From: an uncultured bacterium
GTDB lineage: Bacteria; Krumholzibacteriota; Krumholzibacteriia; JACNKJ01
Direction: 5' to 3'
DNA length: 64,000 nucleotides
NCBI GenBank assembly: GCA_963695095.1
Contig: CAVOFT010000001.1
Coordinates: 2,880,001-2,944,000, forward strand
Part shown: in pieces, positions 43,489 through 53,856 of the stretch
How the letters are laid out: each line of letters begins with the position of its first letter
Position numbering within the stretch: position 1 is the stretch's first letter
Made by a program: the position numbers and the translations under genes
The notes under the pieces: model-generated
Seen by the model: the letters and a program-made list of their open reading frames with translations, nothing else
Told to the model about the DNA's origin: nothing
Databases searched by the model: none

Positions 43489-43734
43489 CGAAGGAACCTC
43501 CTCTAGGGATGTCTGAGCAGCCCACGACTCACGGTTGCACGGGGCCGATAACATCTCGGCCGGCGATGGCGTGAAGTGCGCATGAAGCGTCAAGGACGGG
43601 GGATTCCCCTTGAAGCACGACGAGAGGGCTGCGGTTCGCCCCCTCGATCCTGGCCTTGGCAAGCAGCCTGCGCCGCGCTACCGGACAAGCATAGCATGGA
43701 GACCTAATCCGATTGTGGAAAAAAGAGCATGTGG

Positions 43735-43765
43735 TATCTAAATTGAATCAAGAATTCAAGAGATA
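43735..43765. promoter_or_regulatory. AT-rich palindrome, candidate operator
   Basis: TATCT-aaa-TTGAAT-caaga-ATTCAA-g-AGATA upstream of the fibre gene. Confidence 0.4.
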
Positions 43766-43835
43766 GAACGGGGGAACGCGCGGTTCCCGCCTGCGCACTG
43801 AAGGAGTCCCCTGCCCGCTGCCGGGGACCGAAGAG

Positions 43836-43862
43836 AAAAAGGGGGAGCCTCTCGGCTCCCCC
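43836..43862 (-). terminator. Rho-independent terminator
   Basis: aaaaa-gggggagcc-tctc-ggctccccc. Confidence 0.8.
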
Positions 43863-43893
43863 CGTGTGGTTCTCATCTGCTTGCGCTGGCGAG

Positions 43894-43940
43894 CTCGTTT
43901 CCGGCTCGCGCGCGTTGTATCGCGCGCGAGAGGAAACGAG
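43894..43940 (-). repeat. Conserved 3'-UTR hairpin, copy 2
   Basis: ctcgtttcc-gg-ctcgcgcgcg-ttgtat-cgcgcgcgag-a-ggaaacgag; both stems perfect. Confidence 0.75.
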
Positions 43941-43945
43941 GGCGC

Positions 43946-46219
43946 CTACTTCAAGAGCATCATCTTCTTCGTCTCGGTCCAGGTCCCGGCCGACAGGCGA
44001 TAGAAGTAGACGCCGCTGCCCACGCTGCGGCCCGCGTCATCGGTGCCGTTCCAGACCACCTGCTGCATGCCCGCCGGCAAGTAGCCGTCCAGGAGACGCG
44101 CCACGTGCTGGCCGCTGGCGCTGAACACGTCCAGGGCGACCCGCGAGGCCGCCGGCAGCGCGAAGCCGATCGTGGTCTTGGGGTTGAAGGGGTTCGGGTG
44201 GTTCTGGCCCAGGGCGACGGCCGCGGGCGTCGAATCGCCGACCGGCGTCAGGTCCACGAGCACGTCCACCTGGCCGACGTAGGCGAAGCGGTTGAAGTTC
44301 GTCACCGTCACCGTGATCTGGCCCTCGGGCAGGCTGCGCACGATGGGCACGATGGCCACACCGCCGGCATCGGCGATGGCGGAGCCCAGGAAGGTGCCGC
44401 CGCTGCTCAGGCCCACCAGGGCGCCCGGCTCGGCGTTCACCGTGAAGTCGGTGGCGGCCAGCAGGATCTGGCTGTCGTGGGAAACGCTCATCGCCGTCGG
44501 CGTGTCCGTGCGCACGCGCAGGGTAGGATCGCCGAAGATGGTCCAGCACTTGTACTCGGTCTGCCCCGTGCTGCCGTACTCGTCCATCATCTGGCAGGAG
44601 CCGTTGTAGCAGAGGCCGCCGAAGCTGCGCTTGGCGCCCGCGCGCAAGAGGTCCGTCACCTCGTCCTGCGCGGACATCGGCGGCGCCCAGCTCTGGTTGA
44701 TCGTCGAGGCGTACATGGCCACCGCGCCCGAGGGCTCGCCGTTGTGGCTGGCGCGTAGCCAGGCCTCGGCGAAGCAGGTGGCGCTCATGAAGGCGCCGTT
44801 GACGCAGGCCACGCTGACGATGAAGGGCAGCTTGTTGTCGTTGGTCAGCGCGTTGACGTGCGTGTTCGAGAAGCCCGTCGTGCTCCAGGCCGTCGTGCTG
44901 CCGTGGCCGCAGTAGTTCATGAAGCTGCGCCCGTAGTTGACCGCGGTGGTCACCATGGCCGCCGTGCCGCCATTGGTGGCGTAGATCTGGTCCACCTGAT
45001 TGTAGGTGAAGCCGAGCAGCTTGCCGCGGATCACGTCCATGTGCTGCCAGTCGGCTTCGCCGTCGTCGCCGATGCCGGCGCCCTCGGCGGAGCCGATGCC
45101 CACGCCCTTCTTGTACCAGTCGGCGCTGGCCTGGGCGTCGCGCTCGTACTCGATGAACTTGGTGATCTGGTTGGTGACCTCGGCGGTCGTGGTCGCCGAC
45201 AGGCGGCCCACGAAGCCCTCCGGGTAGCTGTCGGTGCCGGCCAGGAGCGCCAGCGAGGGATCCGAGGCGCCGCCGGACACTGTGATGTAGGGCACCTGGG
45301 CGCCGTCGCCCACGAGGAGCACGTAGCAGAGCTCGTCGGTGTCGTACATGTTCTGCACGTAGGCCTTGAGCGCCGTCCCCGTCGCGCCGGCCGTGGAGAC
45401 GGGCACCATCGTGGTCTCGATGCCCATCTGGTTCTTCCAGTCCACGAAGGGCTGCATGGCGCTCATGAAGGCGTCGTAGGCGATGACGAGCAGGCAGTCG
45501 CCCTCGGGCACCGAGGCGTAGCGATCGCCCAGGCCGGACTGCTCGTAGTTCAGGTAGTGGCGCTCGTAGATGCGCTCGAACTCCGCCACGGCCTTGGCGG
45601 GCCGGTGGGTGAGCACGTTGACCATGCCCGGCCCGGTGACCGCGACCTCCACCGTGAGGCCCGTGTAGACGCGCAGGGTGTGCGTGGCCGGATTGTAGGC
45701 GAAGGGGTTCACCTCGACGACCAGGCCGCGGGTGTCGCGCATGATGTAGGGCTCGTCCAGCCGGGCGGACTCGGCCGGGTACCAGGCGTTCTCGCCGTAG
45801 AAGTCGGCGAACTCGTAGCGCACGAGCGAGGGATCCACGTTGCGCGTCAGGTTGCCCTTGGACGGCGCCACGTCGATGCCCGGCAGGTCCACGTACTGGG
45901 CGTCCAGGATGCGCAGGCCCATGGCGGCGTCATCGGGGATGACGATGGACTCGCGCAGGGTGGGCAGGCCCGGCAGCCCCAGCTCGAGGCGCTGGGCCCG
46001 GTTGCCCAGGTCGACCACGCTGTACTCGCGGCCGTCGATGAAGACGGTCTCCAGCGTGAAGGCATTGATGGCGTAGTGGACGACGGTGCGCTCGAGATTG
46101 GCCTGGAGCACTTCGATGTCGTAAAGGCCATCGCCGTCCTGCACGACGACCTGCTGTGCGGCCAGGGCGGCCGAGGCGGCAGCGAGAAGCAGAACCAGCG
46201 ACAGTGTCAGTCTTTTCAT
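43946..46219 (-). CDS. C25 family (gingipain R-like) cysteine protease with propeptide and FlgD CTD
   Basis: Propeptide APSKGN, YVLLVGD, GRLSA, catalytic His in NYCGHGS and Cys in SVACVNG, FGDP, NHPNPFNP...KKMMLLK. Confidence 0.92.
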   Translation of the reverse strand: MKRLTLSLVLLLAAASAALAAQQVVVQDGDGLYDIEVLQANLERTVVHYAINAFTLETVFIDGREYSVVDLGNRAQRLELGLPGLPTLRESIVIPDDAAMGLRILDAQYVDLPGIDVAPSKGNLTRNVDPSLVRYEFADFYGENAWYPAESARLDEPYIMRDTRGLVVEVNPFAYNPATHTLRVYTGLTVEVAVTGPGMVNVLTHRPAKAVAEFERIYERHYLNYEQSGLGDRYASVPEGDCLLVIAYDAFMSAMQPFVDWKNQMGIETTMVPVSTAGATGTALKAYVQNMYDTDELCYVLLVGDGAQVPYITVSGGASDPSLALLAGTDSYPEGFVGRLSATTTAEVTNQITKFIEYERDAQASADWYKKGVGIGSAEGAGIGDDGEADWQHMDVIRGKLLGFTYNQVDQIYATNGGTAAMVTTAVNYGRSFMNYCGHGSTTAWSTTGFSNTHVNALTNDNKLPFIVSVACVNGAFMSATCFAEAWLRASHNGEPSGAVAMYASTINQSWAPPMSAQDEVTDLLRAGAKRSFGGLCYNGSCQMMDEYGSTGQTEYKCWTIFGDPTLRVRTDTPTAMSVSHDSQILLAATDFTVNAEPGALVGLSSGGTFLGSAIADAGGVAIVPIVRSLPEGQITVTVTNFNRFAYVGQVDVLVDLTPVGDSTPAAVALGQNHPNPFNPKTTIGFALPAASRVALDVFSASGQHVARLLDGYLPAGMQQVVWNGTDDAGRSVGSGVYFYRLSAGTWTETKKMMLLK

Positions 46220-46307
46220 TCCAACCCCCGGGGCGTGGGCGGTGAGTCATGGGAGAAACGGTGAGCAGTAGCTTACCCTGCGGCGGATATCGCACGGGGA
46301 AGACATG

Positions 46308-46336
46308 ATTCTAGCAGAATTGCGAAGCCCGGACAA
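46308..46336 (-). promoter_or_regulatory. Promoter TTGTCC-N17-TAGAAT (extended -10) for the C25 protease
   Basis: Near-consensus boxes, 17-bp spacer, TG at -15. Confidence 0.55.
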
Positions 46337-46428
46337 CGGCAGATTCGCCCTGGGAAGGCCATGTTGGGAAAGCACTTGGGCCCTATTTCCAGAGGTGGAA
46401 TCGGAAATCGGCGGGCTTCGGCGGCCGC

Positions 46429-47710
46429 TCAGGGGCCGTAGAGCACCTTGATCTCGCCGATCGTGGTGTCCTCCACCCGCCGCCATGAGGCCGGCACTCG
46501 CCTGGTGGTCGCGACATCCCGCCACTTCCAGAGCCGCCACTCGGTGCCGGCGCCCACCTGCACCGGGAAGCAGTGGACGATGGCGCGATCTTGCACGAGG
46601 AAGGCCGAGGGCCCGCCCGCGATCGTCGCTTTCAGGGTCATGAGGATGTTCGTGTCGTAGGCTCGCCAGAGCGCGTCCTCCGGGCAGGGATCCTCCCCCA
46701 CCTGGCCACCCGTAACCGCCTGCCAGTCCCCGGACCCCATGAAGTCCGCGGCGAGCGCCCTGAGACCGGCCAGGCCCTCGCCCGGCTCCTCGCCCAGCAG
46801 GGTTTCCGTGCAGGTCTGCTCGTCCTGGCAGGGCCAGGAGACCGGCAGGCTGGGGTCCGCCGCCTGATCGAAGTAGAAGCTGAAGGGCAGGTAGTGCTCG
46901 CCGTCCGTGGCCGCCTCGCTGCCGTCGTAGAGCAGGGCCGCGTAGCCGACGGGATCCAGGGCCTCCCAGGCGAGCAGGAGGTTCGCCATCAGGTGATCCG
47001 GGCTGTCGTTGGACAGGTAGGCCGGCGCCGGCGGGGCGAAGTAGGCCTTCACCTCGCTGAGGGACTTCTCCGCAGCGCCGCCTGGAATGGCGCCCGCGCG
47101 CCGGTCCGTTTCGTCCCACCACTTCCAGAGCCGCCACTCGGAGACGCCCTCCACCTCCACCGGCACGCACTGGAAGAGGAAGCGGCCGCTGATCGACAGC
47201 TGGTCGGTGTCGCCGCCACCGATTGCTGCTTTCAACGTGATGAGCATGCTCACCGCGTGCAGGCACCAGCGAGCTTCGGTCGGGAAGGGGTCGCCGGCGA
47301 TCTCGTCGCCGCCCATCGGGCCCCAGTCGCCGATGGGGCTGAGCTGAAGCGCCACCGATTTTATACCCGGCACTCCGTCGCCGGCCAGGCCGCTCATCAG
47401 GCGCGCGGCGCAGAGCGTGTCCCGGGACTTCACCCAGAACGCGGGCAAGTCGAGGCTGACGCTCTCCACGAAGTGGAACTTGAAGGGCGCATAGAAGGCG
47501 CCGTCCGTGGCGGTCTGCTCGCCTCCGTAGAGCAGGCTGGCGTAGCCGGCCGACGTCCATGGCCTCCCAGGCCATTTCCAGGTTGGCGATCAGGTTCTCG
47601 GGGCTCGTGTTGGGCAGATAGTCGGGCGGGCCTTGAACGCCTGCGGGATTGTCCCCCCCGCAGCCCGCGGCAAGCAGCGAACCCACGCAGAGCAAGAGTC
47701 CGAAGCGCAT
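46429..47710 (-). CDS. Lipoprotein with two tandem copies of the array domain (one frameshift near 47551)
   Basis: Lipobox LAAGC; twice YL.N.SP..L.ANL..AWEA.D..GY..LLY...WRLWKW; internal AEKSLSEVKAYF, terminal VEDTTIGEIKVLY. Confidence 0.8.
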
Positions 47711-47729
47711 GTCCACCCCCCGCAACTCG

Positions 47730-48449
47730 TCAGTAGAGCGCCTTGATACTGCTGAAGGACGATTCCTCAGTCCGCGCCCGCGCCGTGGAGAGCGTCCGGG
47801 CCAGGGTGACGACATCCCGCCACTTCCAGAGCCGCCACTCGGTGTTCGCGCCCACCTGCACGGGAATGCAGTGCACGATCAGCCAGTCCTGGACGAGCCA
47901 GGCACTCGTGTTCTCGCCGTAGTTGCCCTTCAGCGAGATCAGGAAGTTCGTGGTGTAGCTCCGCCAGCGAGCATCCTCGGGATAGGGGTCCCCGTCCACA
48001 TCGGGGCCGATCGGGGCCGTCCAGACGCCAATGGGGTTCAGGTCCATGCTCACGGACCTTACGCCCGGCACCGCGTGCCCCTGGCTGTCCATCCCCTCCT
48101 CGCCGCCGAGGAGCGCCCCGGTGCGGACGAGCTCCCGATCGTAGAGGTCGATCACGGGCAGATCGGGGTCCAGGCTGCGATCGTAGTAGAACTTGTAGGG
48201 CGCGTAGGCTTGCCCGTCCGTGGCCAGCTCGATGCCGTCGTAGAGCAGGGCGGCGTAGCCCTCGGCATCCATGGCCTCCCAGGCGATGACGAGATTGGCA
48301 ATCACGTTGTCCGGGCTGTCGTTGGCAAGGTAGTCCGGCCCCTCGGGCGGGTTCAGCGTGCGCTCGGCGTCCTCGCCGCAGCCGGCGAGGAGGCCGCCGG
48401 CCAACGCAAGAACTGCAAGCGCAGCTCGCCACCTTCGCGATGTCTTCAT
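47730..48449 (-). CDS. Array lipoprotein paralog
   Basis: LLAGC; YLANDSPDNVIANL..AWEAMD; WRLWKW; tail EESSFSSIKALY. Confidence 0.85.
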   Translation of the reverse strand: MKTSRRWRAALAVLALAGGLLAGCGEDAERTLNPPEGPDYLANDSPDNVIANLVIAWEAMDAEGYAALLYDGIELATDGQAYAPYKFYYDRSLDPDLPVIDLYDRELVRTGALLGGEEGMDSQGHAVPGVRSVSMDLNPIGVWTAPIGPDVDGDPYPEDARWRSYTTNFLISLKGNYGENTSAWLVQDWLIVHCIPVQVGANTEWRLWKWRDVVTLARTLSTARARTEESSFSSIKALY

Positions 48450-48458
48450 GCGCGCCCC

Positions 48459-49136
48459 CTAGTCGTCGGGTTCGAAGTAGAGCTTGAGACCGCTCAAGGA
48501 GAAGCGGACCGGCCCCGGTCTCTCCTCAGCTGGCTCCGGGCTGGGTGTCATCCCGGTGAAGTCCTCCCAGCGCCAGAGCCTCCATTCCTGCGGATCGCCG
48601 GCGTCCAGAGGCCGGCAGTAGAGCAGGGCAATGGCGGCGACGTGCAGGCCGTTGATCGCCGTGCCCTCGATCGGCTCGCGCAGCCTGACCAGCATCTCGA
48701 GGGCGTAGCTCCGGCGCAGCGTCCCGTCCGGCACGCTGTGGCCCTCCAGGTCCTCGGGGGTGACGGCCTCCCAATCACCCTCTGGGCTGAGCGTCATCGC
48801 GATCGAGGCGATTCCCGGCATGGCGATGTCGCCGATTTCTGCGCCGGGCTGGCCGCTGAGGAGACGCTCGGCGCAGTCAATCTCCTCCTCGTGGCCCCAG
48901 AGGTAGGTGAAGGTCGGATCATCCCGGAAGAAGTAGAAGTCGAAGCCCGCATCGAGCAGGGAGGTGTAGCCTGCGGCATCCATGGCCGTCCAGGCGAGGG
49001 CGACGTTCGCCACCACGCTATCTGGGCCGCTGTTCGCCCAGTAGCCGGGCGGCGTGGGAGTCAGGCTGTGCTTCGCATCCTCACCGCAGCCGGCGAGGAG
49101 CAGGAGGCTCAAGCAGAACAGCCGTACCCAGCGCAT
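48459..49136 (-). CDS. Array lipoprotein paralog (most diverged)
   Basis: LLAGC; YWANSGPDSVVANV..AW.AMD; WRLWRW; tail FSLSGLKLYF. Confidence 0.8.
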   Translation of the reverse strand: MRWVRLFCLSLLLLAGCGEDAKHSLTPTPPGYWANSGPDSVVANVALAWTAMDAAGYTSLLDAGFDFYFFRDDPTFTYLWGHEEEIDCAERLLSGQPGAEIGDIAMPGIASIAMTLSPEGDWEAVTPEDLEGHSVPDGTLRRSYALEMLVRLREPIEGTAINGLHVAAIALLYCRPLDAGDPQEWRLWRWEDFTGMTPSPEPAEERPGPVRFSLSGLKLYFEPDD

Positions 49137-49150
49137 CGAGTCCCCCCTTA

Positions 49151-49891
49151 CTACTCGGGCACGTAGAGCCACTTCACCTGTCCCCAAGTCGCATCCTCGG
49201 TCCGCTCGGGGGGATCGGGCACAGTCCTCCCGAGATAGTAGACGTCCCACCACTTCCACAGACGCCATTCAATGTCGCCACCAACCTGCACGGGAATGCA
49301 GCAAAAAGTGGCCTGGTGCTGCACGTAGAAGGCATTGATGCCCCAATCCGCCATCGCCTTCAGGGTAATGAGCGAGGCGTGAAAGAAGCCCCTCTGCTGA
49401 ACCGACTCCGGGCAGGAGTCGCCCGCTGCCTCTCCTCCCACCAGCTCCATCCATGCTCCAAAACCCGTAAGCTGGACGGCGAGCGACCTCACTCCCGGGA
49501 CCGGGTCGCCCTCATGATTCCCCGGCTCGCCCCCGAGCAGGGGCTCCATGCATGCCAACTCCTCGGCGCGGCTCAGTGTGTCGGGCAGCGTGGGGTCCAG
49601 GCTGCGGTCGAAGTAGAACTTGTAGGGCGCATAGGTCAGCCCATCCGTGGCCGGCTCGATGCCGTCGTAGAGCAGGGCGGCGTAGCCCTCGGCATCCATG
49701 GCCTCCATGGCGATCACCAGGTTGGCGATCACGTTGCCCGGGCTGTCGTTGGCGAGGTAGTCGGGTCCCTCGGGCGGGTTCAGGCTGCGCTTGTCCTCGT
49801 CGCAGCCGAGCGCAAGGGCCTGCAAGCAGGCGAGCGCGATCAGGAGGCCGCGAGCGCGGCTAGGTCTGGCGTTCCGGTTCCGGCAGTGCAT
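49151..49891 (-). CDS. Array lipoprotein paralog
   Basis: LALGC; YLANDSPGNVIANL; WRLWKW; tail TEDATWGQVKWLY. Confidence 0.85.
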   Translation of the reverse strand: MHCRNRNARPSRARGLLIALACLQALALGCDEDKRSLNPPEGPDYLANDSPGNVIANLVIAMEAMDAEGYAALLYDGIEPATDGLTYAPYKFYFDRSLDPTLPDTLSRAEELACMEPLLGGEPGNHEGDPVPGVRSLAVQLTGFGAWMELVGGEAAGDSCPESVQQRGFFHASLITLKAMADWGINAFYVQHQATFCCIPVQVGGDIEWRLWKWWDVYYLGRTVPDPPERTEDATWGQVKWLYVPE

Positions 49892-50075
49892 GCTCCCGTC
49901 CCTTCGCCCGCGCCATCTGCACGTAGCTGACGAACGCGGCCCCCACGGCCATGCCGCTGAAGAAGAGCGTCAGCACGTCCACCAGGCGGGCTTCCTCGCC
50001 CACCACCATGATCGACGCGTAGAGCCCCGCCACCAGCGAGGCCAGCAGGCCGATCCCCGTGAGCTTTTTCCTCAT
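49860..50075 (-). CDS. Small two-TM membrane protein heading the lipoprotein array
   Basis: 71 aa, two hydrophobic segments, overlaps the next gene's start. Confidence 0.55.
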   Translation of the reverse strand: MRKKLTGIGLLASLVAGLYASIMVVGEEARLVDVLTLFFSGMAVGAAFVSYVQMARAKGREHALPEPERQT

Positions 50076-50168
50076 GGCACAACCCTAGCAAATCGCAAGG
50101 CCGAAGTGGAGAACAATCGAATGGCAAGTGCTCGTGCCGGCCGGTCCGCCGGGCAGGCGCGGCAGCGC

Positions 50169-51609
50169 CTACTTCATCAGCAAGAGCTTGCGCGTGGCCG
50201 CGCCCTGCGGTCCGACCAAGCGCGCCAGGTAGACGCCGCTGGCAAGCGGCCGGCCGGCCTGGTCGCGGCCGTCCCAGCTTGCCGCCTGTTCGCCCGCGGG
50301 CCAGTCGCCCTCGGCGAGCAGGCGCAGCCGGCGGCCCTGCAAGTCCAGCACTTCCAGACGCGCCCGGCCCGGCGCGGCGAGCGCGAAGACCAGGCGGACG
50401 CTGGGATTGAAGGGGTTCGGCCAGGCCTCCAGGCGCAGCGCCGCACTTGGCGGGGCCTCGGGTGCCGCCGTGGCGCCCAGGTGCAGGGTCACGGGCACGA
50501 TCAGGTCCCCCGCCGGATCGTTCGAGCTGAAGCGCAGGCCGGCCAGCTGGTCCTCGCCCGGCGGCAGGCCCTCCGTGTCCACCTGCACCCACAGGGTATC
50601 CACCTCGCCCGCCGCCAGGCTGCCCGCCGCCGGCCCCGCGATCTCCAGCCAGTCGATGGGCCGGTGGATGTAGAAGCTCGCCGCGCTCTCGTCCTCGCAG
50701 GCGCCGCCCACGTCGGCGACGCGCACGCGGCAAGCGGCCGACAGCGGCCCGGTCACCACCCAGTCGAAGGGCAGGCCGGCGGGGTGGCCGACGGCCAGCG
50801 GCTCCCAGCTCTGGCTGCCGTCGCGGCTCAGCGAGAGATCCACCGCGTCGATCCCGCCCCAGCTGCTCCAGCGGATCTGCTGGCTCTCGCCCAGGGCCCA
50901 GACCTCGCCGCCGTCGGGCACGAGCAGGTCCAGCCCCGGCCCGCCGGGTCCGGCGAGCACCAGCTTGCCGGCGATGTCATGGGGCGGGCTGCCGTAGCCG
51001 TCGCCGCTCATCGTCCAGGGCAGGCCCAGGTTGCCGTAGAGCTCGGGGGCGAAGACCACGGTGACCGTGGCGGTCACCGTCTCGCCGCCGTAGACGTTGC
51101 CCCAGCCGCCGTTGGCGTCGATCCAGCGCACCAGCGCGCCGTTGCCCGTGGCATTCGTGGTGGCGAGAACGCCGCCGCTGCCGCCGACGAAGTGGGTCGA
51201 GCCGAGCACGTTCGCCCCCAGCGGGAAGTCCAGCGTGATGCCGTCGAGCCAGTCGTAGTCCGGGCTGGCATTGGTCACCGAGAGGGTGAACTGCAGGGTC
51301 TGGCCGGGCTGGTAGGCGTCGGGATCGGCCGTGAAGGTGGAGCCGCCGATGTTGCGGCCGCCCGGCAGGAAGGGATCGTCGACGGCCGCCGTCCACAGGA
51401 GCTGGCTGCCGGGCTCGCCCAGGTTGGCGACGTAGAGGGGCAGCAGCGCGCTGCCGCCGGGCTCGAGGGCGAGCTCCAGCAGCCGGCGGCTGCACATCGA
51501 GCAGTGGCTGCTCGTCCGCAGCAACCGGCAAGGGCAGCCTGCCGGCGGCCATGGCCCAGACCAATACGACAATGCCCGACCCGAGACGGGCCGGGTGCGG
51601 CTTGTTCAA
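50169..51609 (-). CDS. Secreted Ig-like multidomain protein with FlgD CTD (one frameshift near 51485)
   Basis: TTG start with AAAGGA RBS and signal-like N-terminus; removing one base gives DEQPLLDVQPPLLELALEPGG; P.GGE.W..G....I.W domain; WPNPFNP...SGVYLARL...RKLLLMK. Confidence 0.75.
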
Positions 51610-51785
51610 TCCACGCCGTCCTTTCAGCGCTGGGGAGCGCGGATGCCCGACAAGAGGCCCCTCCAGTATAACACTCCGCAGGATGCCGTGATAGTCGTTG
51701 CCAGTGTCGGCGCCAGAGGCTACCTTCGCGCCGCCTGCCGAGCGGGCAGGCGCAGCTCCCCATCCTGAAGCCAGCGAGGTATGCG

Positions 51786-52806
51786 ATGTCACTGCGGGTC
51801 GGAATCATGGGCTTCGGCCGCATCGGCCGCAATCTCTTCCGACAGGCCGCCCAGCGGGACGATCTCGACATCGTCGCCATCAGCGACCTCGGCGCGCCGG
51901 AAGCCATGGCCTATCTTTTCGAATTCGACACGATCTACGGGCACTTCGACGGCAAGGTCCGCCTGGACGGCAAGTACCTCTGCGCCGGCCGCCAGCGCGC
52001 CCGCCTGCTCAAGGGCGTCGCGCCGGAGGACATGCCCTGGGACGCCTACAACGTGGACGTCGTCGTCGACTCCACCGGCGCCTACCGCGAGCGCGCGCCA
52101 GCTCGAAGGTCACCTGCGCTCGGGCGCCCGCCGCGTCGTGCTGAGCACGCCGGCCCTGGACGCCATCGACCGCACCATCGTGCACGGCGTCAACGACAAT
52201 ACCCTGCGCCCCGAGGACCGCATCGTCTCCTGCGCGAGCACGACCACGCACGCCCTGGCCCTCATGCTCAAGGTGCTCGACGAAGCCGTGGGCGTTCAGC
52301 GGGCGCTGATGACCAGTGTCCACGCCTACTCCAGCGATCAGAAGCTCTCGGATACGATCACGCCCAACCTGCGCCGCAGCCGCAGCGCGGCCCAGAATCT
52401 GATCCCCAACTGGACCTGGTCGCCAGGCGTCGTCGAGACGATGATGCCCCACCTCAAGGGCAAGATCGACGGCATGGCGGTGAACGTGCCCGTGCCCAAC
52501 GGCTCCAACCTCGATCTCAGCATGCAGCTCGGCCAGAGCCTGGACAAGGAGGCCGTCAACGCCATCGTGCACAAGGCGTCCGCCGGGCCCGCTCGGCCGC
52601 TATCTCGAGTACAGCGACGAGCCGATCGTCTCCAGCGACGTGATCGGCAACGCGCACTCGGCGGTCTTCGACTCGCTGGCGACGATCGCCCTGCCCAGCG
52701 GCCTCGTCAAGACGATCACCTGGTACGACAACGGCTGGGGCTACGCGGCGCGCATCCTGGACACGGTGATCACCCTGGGCGCCTTCGAGGCGGAGGAGGT
52801 GCAGCG

Positions 52807-52810
<4 letters not shown>
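51786..52810 (+). CDS. GAPDH-like paralog lacking the catalytic Cys (frameshifts near 52095 and 52590)
   Basis: GIMGFGRIGR, VVVDSTG, VHGVND, SCASTTTHALA (canonical [11 protein letters not shown]), VHAY, WYDNGWGY; stop overlaps next ATG. Confidence 0.88.
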
Positions 52811-53809
<999 letters not shown>

Positions 53810-53856
53810 CCCCGCCGACGCCGGCGGGCGGCCGACCACAGCGGTGGAGGCTATCG

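Noticed and set aside
47730..49891. Diversity-generating retroelement TR/VR pair
   Set aside because: Differences between repeats are not confined to adenines, both copies are coding 5' regions, and no reverse transcriptase is present
50169..51572. N-terminally truncated pseudogene
   Set aside because: One indel near 51485 restores a signal peptide and a TTG start at 51609 with an RBS
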